This document shows, one piece after another, positions 48,601 to 57,976 of a stretch of DNA of 64,000 nucleotides; the first letter of the stretch is position 1, and every line of letters starts with the position of its first letter. The notes beneath the pieces are model-generated. The model made no database searches. It had not been told where the DNA came from and worked only from the letters and a program-made list of their open reading frames with translations. Location of the stretch: positions 590,020-654,019 of the forward strand of contig CAJINV010000007.1 of the NCBI GenBank assembly GCA_905178155.1. Reading direction: 5' to 3'. The translations under genes were made by a program, and so were the position numbers. The stretch comes from Amoebophrya sp. A120. Taxonomy: Eukaryota > Protista > Dinoflagellata.

Positions 48601-51600
48601 TACGCTTGGAACAACAACGACGACGACAACGGCGGCTTTGAATCTAAATCAAAACAACAAAAAAGACCACGACGGCGTAGGACCACGAACAAATAGTAGT
48701 AGAAACAAGGGGGAGCAGCCGAACAATAATGCGAAAACCACGACTGGCACTGGGGTGGATACCTGCGCTCAAGTGGTTTACGAGTACATGAAATCGTTCG
48801 AGTTCGTATCTAGATGGAGACCAGTTCATCTCGCATCCACTTGGTGTCATTGTGTCAGTGCAATAACCGTTGCGTTTGGCATGATGCGCTAATGTCGGCT
48901 TCTCAGATTCAGGATCAGTATCCAGTTACATGCGGCACAGCTACACTGTTTGCTATGACATATAGACCATTATGCGAGACGTCGCTTGATTCGTGTTGAA
49001 CTTGAAAGCTGGCAGGACTCCACGCAAGACGGCTATGCGATCGTGAGAAAACGGCGCCAGGCCTGACCCCAACAAAAGAAGGGCACTGGCAGCGGCTTCT
49101 CCCACAGGCTGGGCGCACTGTTCATGGCCCCCCGCTTGCTTGGCTCGCCTCGCCTGACACTCACAAACGACACGTAGGACGACCCGGCTATCGCGCACTT
49201 GCATACACCTGCCAAAGCCCCCGCTAAAGATTGCAGGCCACTGCCTCCGGGGGTGCTTGGGTTGGCTAATTTGCCTCCTTGGCAGGTCGCGTCCTGAGGG
49301 GGCGGGCACACTGATGCCGGTGTGCTGCCCCAAAGAGCCGAACCAGCGGCGCCACTTTTCTAAAAGTCGCGGCCCCGGGCCTCCGCGGATTCTTGGGATT
49401 CTTGGAAGAAACACGCACCCGCGGGACCCCTAAAAGGGGTTTTTTCCGGAACCCTTGTAGCAGTGGGGGAAGCTTCCAAAAGTAGTGCTTTTGGGTACCC
49501 CTCCCGGAGGGTCCTCGGAAAGGCTCGCGCATCACGGAAAACCTTCCGTCTTAGAAGCCCCGGGCACATATTTCCATAGGGGCGCAGGCCTTCCCCGACT
49601 GCTTCTGGGCGATGCTGGCATAGGCCCAAAGACCTGCCCGCGCTAGAGGTAGGCAGCAAAAGGCGCAGGCCGCCGGTGCCTACCCCTGGTTCGCCTTTTT
49701 CCAGTGCGCCCGCCTCCTGCAGTTTGTGTCGGCTAAATCATGGCGCAAAACACTACGGCCTTGAAAACTCCCCACACCAAAGACACTAGCGGCTATTGTT
49801 ATGGATGCACTGCCGCCTGCAGGCTTCGCGCGGTGAAGTTGTGCCGCATGTGGCTGCGCTACTGAAGCGCGGCCCGCCTGGTTCGGCGCCCACTGCTTTA
49901 TGCAAAAGCAGGTATGCGTTCGCGCACAGGGAGGGCGCATCCGCAAAGCCTTCGCCACGAACGCGGGCGCGCCGAGTCGATGGGAAACCAAAAACGCGGC
50001 CCAATGTTGCGCGGCATCGTCGAGGTTTGCCCAACCTGTGCAAGGCCTCTACTTGCTCGAAGTGTGCCCGCGCGGCGGGGCATGCGCATCACCAACACAT
50101 AGGGGCGCGCCCCTTGGTGCACTTCGGGACGCCGTGGCGCCTCGCCAACAGCGAATGCCACGCGGCGGGCCCTCCACGAAGTGGGTCCCGGAGGAGCTTG
50201 ACGTGGCCAGCCTCCAAGCTGATAGACACAGGCCCTGTGGGAACGGGGCGCGATGTCTTCGAGTGTCGCCCAAGTGCTCGGAACCCAAATCGTCATGCGA
50301 AAAAAAATGCATATCAAAATTTTCAGCATACTTGAAAAAAGCGTCGTTGACGCCACCATAATTATGCGAGACGTCGCTTGCTTCGTGTTGAACTTGAAAG
50401 CAAATTCATTGCCAATTATCATGCTGGCGATTTGTATACGCAGAAACGAACAAGGACAAAGGAAAGCGCTCCCTTTGTCCTTCGAAGGTTCCAGCTGCCG
50501 CTCGTGGGAGAACAAAAAAGCTGTAACCTGAGTAAAGATTTTACTCAGGTCCGGTGGCCTGAGTAAACTAAAACTTTTACTCGGGTCCGATGGCCTGAGT
50601 AAAATCTTCATCGGGAGGGGTCATGAGGGGCAGGGCCATGCCTAAAAAATCTTTCGCGGGCGATCGGGTGGAGAAAGCCCGCTGAAAAAAAAAAAAACTT
50701 TTGGGGCTTCCAAGCTGCATTGTCTCCAGAGACCTTTTCTCTTCTCGACCCTCCCAGTCCATGGAGAAAAACCCGGCTGGAAATTCAAAAAGTTTTCAAC
50801 TTCCCAGCGGCATTTTCTCGAAAGACTTGCGCGGGAAAGATTCTTGTCGACCGCGTCCATGGAGAAAAGCCCGGGTGGAAATTTAAAAAGTTTTGAACTT
50901 CCAAGCGGGATTTTCTCGAAAGACTTCTCGGGAAAGATTCTTCTCGACCCAGTCCATGGAAAAAAGCCCGGTTGGAAATTTCCAAGGCGGTTTTTCTTCG
51001 CCCGCAGACTTTACATACTCAGGTCCGGTGGCCTGAGCAAAACTTTTACTCAGGTCGCGTATCCTTCGTCCTTCGTTTCTGCATTTGTAATGCAGGAATG
51101 CAGGAGAAAACATACCATAGCACGGCTTTCCAACTTTGGAAAGTTGTAGCGCAGAGGTGAAGGACCACTAGGACAACAGAGAGTCAAATTAGTTGAAGTG
51201 GCCATCTCAACGTTCCTCCGATGGAGGAAAATTGAAAGAGCCACGTCAACAGTTTGTCCTTCGTTTCTGCAGTAGCATTACACATTGCCAATCATGGCTT
51301 CCCCCCGGCCACATGGCCGCAGGCCTGCGCTCGCTGGCGAACGAGCGATTGATGGAGGGACGCGGGGACGGGGTGGCGGATCAGCGACCGGTGATGGAGG
51401 AGAGCGAAGACGATGGGACGGCTCGGCGCAAGTTGTCGCCGGTTTGAGTAATGCTCAAAAAGCATGGATGCATCCCCCCCCTCCCCCCCCATTACTTGAA
51501 TAATGGTCCGACTTTTGTTGGACAAGATCTTGTGAAAAGTAGAGCATTATGCGAGACGTCGCTTGATTCGTGTTGAACTTGAAAGCTGGCACAAAGAGGG

Positions 51601-51669
51601 CGGCTTAATTGAGCTACTCCATACCCCATCGCGCCGAGTAACTGGAAGGAAACCTACCGGAAGATGTGA
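39666..51669 (+). CDS. Gene 6: ion-channel (voltage-sensor) / class III adenylyl cyclase fusion, alveolate AC-alpha type, ~1163 aa in 22 exons
   Basis: The spliced frame gives TM helices (FFFWLDLIATFSLLIDIPW), S4 VRTARAVRLVRLIRLVRVVKL, LVIRPIEKMV, ETTMLENTILKIGGLLQVGFGEAG, FGFVDIRQFT, NKNIGDAFL, GLHVGWAIEGPIGSDYKIDASYLSPHVN, a TPR-like YLAGDWRLAR and the C-terminus F.APSNWK. It has 20 introner-type introns and one GT-AG intron; 3492 nt total. Confidence 0.9.
39840..40114. mobile_element. Introner family A
   Basis: Family A TIR; DR cgttc/ccttc. Confidence 0.9.
40474..40737. mobile_element. Introner family A
   Basis: Family A TIR; DR cgatc. Confidence 0.9.
40852..41159. mobile_element. Introner family H
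   Basis: TIR gtgtcaggattgaaa / tttcaatcctgacac; left end TT instead of TA; DR cgagt/cgaat. Confidence 0.88.
41534..41789. mobile_element. Introner family G
   Basis: TIR tatgacctactcaaacgttacaatctcaaacgtt; DR gcggc. Confidence 0.92.
41833..42102. mobile_element. Introner family A
   Basis: Family A TIR; DR accgc/accgg. Confidence 0.88.
42159..42404. mobile_element. Introner family A
   Basis: Family A TIR; DR tgtgg. Confidence 0.92.
42462..42719. mobile_element. Introner family A, inverse of the 40474 subfamily
   Basis: Family A TIR; DR gtcgg. Confidence 0.9.
43176..43321. mobile_element. Introner family B
   Basis: Family B TIR; DR aaaaa/aaaga. Confidence 0.88.
43409..43591 (+). other. Canonical GT-AG intron in the cyclase gene
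   Basis: cag|gtacag...ttag|gtt joins the conserved GGLLQ-VGFGEAG. Confidence 0.88.
43773..44034. mobile_element. Introner family A
   Basis: Family A TIR; DR ctcca; very similar to 57315. Confidence 0.92.
44100..44416. mobile_element. Introner family D, inside the catalytic NKNI|GD motif
   Basis: Family D TIR; DR catcg. Confidence 0.92.
44566..45496. mobile_element. Family B introner expanded by a nested ~0.75-kb insertion
   Basis: Family B ends 931 bp apart; DR tttgg/tttgt; restores ADRSL.AFLKII. Confidence 0.8.
44729..44900. repeat. 13-bp tandem repeat aggtgaccttgac, ~13 copies, decaying to the right
   Basis: Seen directly. Confidence 0.9.
45599..45858. mobile_element. Introner family G, opposite orientation to 41534
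   Basis: Family G TIR; DR aactg. Confidence 0.92.
45920..46209. mobile_element. Introner family J
   Basis: TA ends, imperfect TIR; DR tccaa; restores EGPIGSDYK. Confidence 0.9.
46401..46556. mobile_element. Introner family B, reverse orientation
   Basis: Family B TIR; DR ggaca. Confidence 0.9.
46738..46948. mobile_element. Introner family C, reverse orientation
   Basis: Family C TIR; DR ccgca/ccgcg. Confidence 0.9.
47006..47270. mobile_element. Introner family A
   Basis: Family A TIR; DR cgctg. Confidence 0.92.
47443..47732. mobile_element. Degenerate introner family A
   Basis: Eroded TIR but intact TA ends and DR atgtc. Confidence 0.85.
47796..48017. mobile_element. Introner family F, opposite orientation to 37361
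   Basis: Family F TIR; DR caaag. Confidence 0.9.
48119..48303. mobile_element. Introner family C variant
   Basis: Family C TIR; right end CA instead of TA; DR gagaa/gcgca. Confidence 0.8.
48968..51591. repeat. Three direct copies of a 41-47-bp sequence at 48968-49014, 50361-50401 and 51545-51591
   Basis: cattatgcgagacgtcgcttgattcgtgttgaacttgaaagctggca; the outer copies are identical. Confidence 0.9.
50526..51054. mobile_element. MITE-like element with acctgagtaaa TIRs, subterminal hairpin repeats and an internal ~97-bp tandem repeat
   Basis: actcaggtccggtggcctgag-type hairpins at ~50543, ~50579 and ~51017; tccatggagaaa units at 50758, 50857 and 50953. Confidence 0.65.
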
Positions 51670-53470
51670 AGCAAAATTGAAGTTGGAGTTCGAACCACCA
51701 CTGAGTTTTTTTGAATATCAGGCTCGTCAGTGGCGTGAGCCCGAGGCAGAATTTTTTTTACAGCTTGCATTTGAGTATAAGCTAAGTTTAAGTACTTCAT
51801 CTACTTTTAGTGCATGTAGTGAGGTACCACCGTGTGATCCTTGCAAAAATGATCAGACAGAAAGCTAAAAAGCGTACGTGAAGAAAATCCAGAAGAAACG
51901 AGAAGCGAAAACCGTTTGAGAAAATTTCAGTTTATTTTGACGAGGTGGTCGGTGAAACGACAACGAGTTGTATAGTCAAGGAATAACAGAAGAGGGCCCA
52001 AAAGAGCCCTTAATTTCTTGCAAAGAGACGAGAGGGGAGAAAATGATTACGACCTCCTCATGCACAGTTGAGTTACTGCATTTGCTTTTGATCAAGACGT
52101 CATGCCCATGTAGACGGGAAAAACAATGCACGTGAAGAGAGCGTGGCTTTGCTTATTTTCGTGCCCAAAACCGTGTTCCTACGTCCCGTTGGAACGATTC
52201 GATTCTTCTGGAAAGAAACTTTCGGTGTCAACAAGTTTTTTCAAACGTTGTACGTAGCTCCATTCGGCTCGTTCTTAGTCAGCTTGTGACAACTTCGTGA
52301 CAGATAAACAACACAACAAAGCAGGAGCACGAAAAAGCTCGTCGCGGTCGGCCTGTTATGGAGATTTGGATTTAGTATTTTCATCATTTTGTGATTGTGA
52401 TTTCGGTTCATGGGCAGCCCATGCAGCCACGAAGATGCTGGTGGTGGTCCCAAAAATCACAATCGGTGCTCGTCGTACTATACCTGGTCTATGAAGACCC
52501 CTTCGGATTTTTCAGTCTCGTACCCACACAATAAAGACTGTGCAACATCTTCACAAGTTCTCGGTGCAGAGATCGATGTTCTGATTCATCTTCGGTGTGG
52601 CCGTCGTGGTACTTTACTGCGTGGTGCTTTTCAAAAAGAAATCTCTCGGTATGGATGGTGCAGTTTTCAAGCAGTTTCTTGGCTTGATCTTCTCGGTATT
52701 CGTGTCGTGCAGCAATTGAGGATAGAAATAGATACACTTACATGGCAGTGGCACGGTGGTTTTTTTCGTTGCAACTGCTAGTGCCGGATGAGGATCTCAC
52801 TTGTGTTACAAAGCACTTTGTCCTCAAGAGCTATCAATCTACTTATAGTTTTCGTGATTTGCAAGTGCAACAGGTAACGTTGTGCTCTTGTAACCTCAAC
52901 TAGCACAATAAACAAGACGTCGCGTATTTTTCTTTGAAGATGACCCCACATCACCGATGTACTTCAGTATCTTGTTTCTGCAGCAAGGACCTGAGGATTT
53001 TTTTGCCCCAGTTGTACCCACTTTTGCAATATGAGAATGAAGTCGAAAATTTGTTTCCAGCACAAGTAAAAAAGACTTTTTCTGCTTAACCACAATTTTG
53101 ATCTGAAGATGAGAAAATCGTTGGCCTCCCAAAAGATGCAGTCTTTCCACCCCCGGATGCTGCTCTCTTCTGCCGTTTTCCTGTTGGCGCATGATCCACC
53201 TCTCGCAGAGCTTATCCAAGTGTAAAGTTTTTGTCTGTGACGGCAGATTCATTCGCGTTTGCATGGTGTGACTACACTACTAGGGACCACTGGTGGTGCT
53301 TTTGGTTGATAGAACTTGTACAGACGCGCGTAGTATTTACCGATGATGCGGAATCTACTTCATCCCTGGAGGTTGCAGTATACTAGTAGACGACCAGCGA
53401 CAAGCATCGAAAAATCTGCAGTATAGTTTTTCCTTGCATAGACTTTGGGTTGTTTCCGGGAACAAGTTGT

Positions 53471-56400
53471 GTACGGTTCGTGGCGGGAGTGGAGCAGGGG
53501 GAGCGAAAATTTTGGAACCCCTTTGCAGGCTTGTTCGGGGGTGGCGAGAAGAAAGTACTCGCTACATAATCTAACTAGACTTGTTCACTTTAGTTTCACT
53601 TTCCATCTTTGCAACTGATCTGCTTCACAAGTTGTATCTTGTTTTTCATCATTTGTCATTCACATAAACAGGACCCGGCCGAGCACGACGATGACGGCGA
53701 CGATAACGAACGTATCAAAAAAAAAAAAGAATGAGGGCACATCAACGTGCGATGGTGTCAGAAATCCAGCTGAGCGAATACGTGATGCGCCAGCTGTGTT
53801 GTGCTTGAGGTTGGACAAAGTGTAATTTTGTATTATAGTCTTGCGCTTTTCCACCTTTTGGATTTGGAGCTAACGCAGAGGGTGAGCGTCTACATCTACG
53901 GTGAAAAAATGGTATGAGTTAGAGATTTCCATCCACGTCGTTGAGATTTTTCCGTTTCATATGAGTGGAGCAGGAAGACACGGAGAAGGCGGCGCCGAGC
54001 GTCTGGGAGAGTTTTAAAGGCTTGCTTGGCTTGAGCGGCGGAACAGATGATGTATTAAAGCGAGCACTTGTGTTACCGCATGTAGAGTTTTCTTGCTTCT
54101 GGGCCACTTGTCGTGCTTACACCGCATCCATATTGAGAAAATATTGCCGGTGTCGTTTCATGACTCGATCGCGAGTCCCCTCTACAGTTTTCAGTTTTAC
54201 CATGGTATAAATATACACGAATGCAGGGGACGAAGAGTAGTTTGTTAGCCGGTAGTGATTTGTTCGTTCTGCGCATTTGCAGCTTCCGCGTTTACTTCCT
54301 CAGTAGGTGTAGAGCTTTTCCCATTAGGTTTTTTCATACGGAAGCACGATCTTTCCGCGGCCTGTGCTACAGCACACTGTCCCTGAAAAAGGCGACGCTG
54401 CAGCCTTGGAAGAATGGATGGCGAAACGACATGAATAAACAACAAGTTGATCATGTTGATTATAGATGGAGTCGTCGAACAGCTACTTATTCTATTCTTG
54501 TTTCTGTCCATGTCAAAACAGGCGGCAAAAAAGGAGGAGGAACGACAACAAGCAAGGCTAGCTGCCCAGGAGGCAGTTAAGCAAAAAGCCGCTCAAGCAA
54601 AAGCTGCCGCCGCCGCAAAAGCTGAAGAACAAGCTCAGGTAGAAACTGCTGACATCGGCATGCATGTTGACTAGAGAACGAAGTGTAGTTTTCCTTGATA
54701 GGTACTTTTTCTTCACTCCTTCCACATTCCTGCGTTTCGCTCTGAGCGTTGCTCTTTTCGATATTGGCACATTGGCGATGGCAGCCCTGCAAAATGATGG
54801 CTCTCGTCGAACAAGTTGACATGGAGGGTGATGAAATAAAACAAAAAGCTGCACCAGCTGTAGTCTTGCATCTGCTACTTCTCCTGCTATTGGGCCTGTT
54901 GTATTCTTGTTTCTGGCAATATTAAAACAGGAGGCGCAAATAAAGGCCAAGGAAGACGAGGAACAACAAGCGGCCGAGAAACGAAGGCTACTTGCTGAAG
55001 CTGCCGCAGCAGAGGCCCGAAGAAAGGCCGAACAGCAGAGGAAAGACCCAGAAACCGCTGCGAAAAATGCCGCGAAAGCAAAAGCAAAAGCGGGAGCGGC
55101 GCATTACAACGTGCAAAAGTGGTGTGGTCGTGAGGATTCGCATTATTCTACGGCGCATATGTCCTCTGTTGCTATTCAGTCGAGTTTTGGGTTGACTATA
55201 GTACAATGGAAAAGTTCTTGTTGTACTGCACACTAGGCGAGATACTTTGTCCATGAAGCTAAAATAGATTCGTCTTCGAATTATAATGCACCCTGTTCTT
55301 GTTCGCCGTTGTGGACTACAAGGCTCGGCGCGTGAGCAATCCCTTCGATCGTGCGTTGCGGTGCTGTGAAAGCAATTAGATTTTATAGAAGTAGCACTGT
55401 TCTTGTGCTCCACCTCGTCCTTCTTCCTGGAGGAACTTTCTATATTTTCTTCAACAACTCTAGCAAATTTTGATTTCGTGTTGATTGTCCTGAAGCGCTT
55501 CGACGGACAGGAGAAGTCTTGCACAGTATTGCCGCGCTACGTACCTCGGCTACCTCGCACTTGCTAAACTGTTGCTATGCCCTACACGACCACGACACTT
55601 TTGCACTGGATCATGACGGCGCGGTGGAGTCAGCACAAAAAGTGGAAGGCGCGCAAGGAAGCCCGCCAATGTCACCATCCAAGCTCCTACCGAAGGAAAA
55701 AACTACCCCATCTCGAAAATCGTCATCGTCGTACAGGGCTTGCAAGAATATACTACGAGCTTGAAGCTCATGTCGGCCGGGAAGGACAGTCCTCTAGAAA
55801 TACCTACTGACTTCTTGACGATGCCGAACACAACCTGTGCATAACTGAGCCAGTTGTAGTCTGTCGCTAAGTGGGTCTGCTTTGATCCACGAGAAAAATT
55901 AAAGCATAAAATGTCTGGGCGCAACGATCTTCACGAAAGCGAAGCAGTGGAGCTGTGTTGACAGAAATAACTGGAGAATCAAAATAAGTAAGTCCACGCA
56001 CGGTGTCTGTATGAATTCGAAGATGAGGTAGAAGTTTTCTTTTCATACCGTTCGAGAGCCCGCAGCAGTATGCTCTCTCCAGACCTGCACCTGAACGCGC
56101 TGATGGAGAACGCTGCCGGAAAACCGAGTGCCATCACCCCCGTGCCGCCTGCAGGAGGAGGAGGAGGAGGGGCTTTATCTTCTGCCTCGTCGCCGCAGAA
56201 GCCAGTTATTTCTTCTTCATCGTCGCCGTCTCCTTCATTGCAGTCGAAACCAGTTGCAGCCACTTCAGCAGCTTCATCCCCTCCATATCCCCAGTGAAAA
56301 AGCAAACGTACTCACCAGCCTCGAGTAGTGGTCATGCAGGTCTACTGCGTCATCTAGTCTACATCTGCCGGCGCCTTTGTAGCAACGTCCTTATAATTTC

Positions 56401-57588
56401 CCCTGAGAAGAGGAGCATAATTGAATTTGTACCTACTCGTACTAGTCGTCGTATTTTCGTTTTGTCAACAGGATGCTGAGCTACTCGCGGAGGGCTTTGT
56501 GATGTATCAATCTGGTGTCCTCCTCGTCCTCCTCGCTGATCAGCAGCACTCATACTACAGACCAAAAGAACTTGTTATGCGTAGTGAAGAATACCAATAG
56601 AAACTCGCTTCTTTTGATGTAGCAGAAGTCCCACTGGTTTCACTGAGGGGCGGGTACGTTTTTACTGAGGATACTCAGGAGTTGTCGAGAGTCAACAGCG
56701 CTCCAGGACCAAAGCCGAGGAGCACGCCACCCGCATCTCCGAAGAAGGAATCAACACCCGCAGCTTCTGCACCTGGTATCCAGAAAGAGAAATGTGGTTT
56801 CGTGTAACAGCTTCGATCGTGGACTGACACTATGACATGACTAATTCATTTCTCTGCATCCAGTATAGAGATAAAATTTGTCGTTGTCATGCATAGCTAC
56901 CACCGGAGATTGATATCTCAGAGGAAGACAGCCGCCGTTCAAGGCTGGCTGGCATGAGAGACATGACTGGTGTTTATTTGCATTTTCTCTGCATCTTCTT
57001 CTCAGATTTATTGCACAACTAAGACAGTTTTTTTTTTCCTGGATACCGGGCGCATCGCCAACTGGAGGAGTGGCAGCGCAGGCTGAATTGCGGAGGGTTC
57101 AATCTGCTATCACTCCGACTCCGTCAAAAAGACCTCCACCACCTGCGTCTCCGGCTGCAGCTTCAGTGAAGATGAACTTGGGTGCCGCTTTTGAAGAAGC
57201 CGCCGCTGCAGAGAAGAAGGGTTCTCCCTCTGAAGCTAGCACTCGTACGCCCTCTGAAGCTAGCACCTTTCATGATATCCGAATCGAAAATCGCCCCTCG
57301 TCCGCTGAAGTACTTATCAAAAGTAAAAATGTCTGGGTCTGGAAGAATGCAACTTGTGATGCTGTATTTGGATTCCAAAAAAATCTGTATTGCATGAGTA
57401 GCAAACAGAATGCAACTTTTGCTACGCTGAGAAGGCATTTGTCATGCGGAATAGGCATCAAGAAGCCCTCAAAAATCTGTATTGCTAGGGTATGCATCAC
57501 AGACATCATGGCTCATGCAAAACGTGCATGACAAGTGTCAGAATCTTCCAGACCCAGACATTTTTACAGTTGATATGAAGCTGGCTAA
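53471..57588 (+). CDS. Gene 7: low-complexity Ala/Glu/Lys- and Ser/Pro-rich protein with mostly short GT-AG introns plus two introners; exon structure and 5' end uncertain
   Basis: Exon-like blocks at ~53965, 54522, 54931, 56083, 56680 and 57051 with cag| acceptors and |gt donors; stop at 57586-57588. Confidence 0.45.
56777..57045. mobile_element. Degenerate introner, E-like
   Basis: tatccagaaagagaaa / tttttttcctggata; DR cctgg/ccggg. Confidence 0.8.
57315..57575. mobile_element. Introner family A with a 4-nt spacer at the left junction
   Basis: tgaag-tact-[element]-tgaag. Confidence 0.88.
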
Positions 57589-57976
57589 AACAACTCTAAA
57601 ATAGTTGCAATTGGGAAAAAGCAACAGGCATGCTTGTAGATGTCAGTAGACCCTCAATTATAAATATCCTGTGCTCGTAAAAAAGGATTGGGTTGTAAAG
57701 TTCCTCTTGCATCTGCACGCTACTGTTTTTATTTCACTCCGCCGTACGAAATTGAAGATGCACGGACCTTGAGTGTGATGAAACTGCGCTCTTGAACTTT
57801 GCCTCCTTAGACTGACGCACAGCATCCTAGCTCTTAAGTACGTCGGACAGACCTGCTGCTCTATACATGCAAGACAAGTAATTCTTATCCTAAGAAGTAA
57901 GGCCCTTTCGGGCGGGCAGGTCCGCTTGCAAAAAACGTGCGGCCGCTCTTTCCACTTCCCACTCGTGTCGTGCTAA

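Larger units (their letters stand above)
48807..51623. mobile_element. 2.8-kb final intron of the cyclase gene: eroded introner carrying nested insertions
   Basis: TA ends; removal plus 5 nt joins KSFEF to VAPSNWKETYRKM*. Confidence 0.6.

Noticed and set aside
48968-51591. LTR retrotransposon or CRISPR
   Set aside because: Repeats are only 41-47 bp, lack TG...CA ends, are more than 1 kb apart, and enclose no gag/pol ORF
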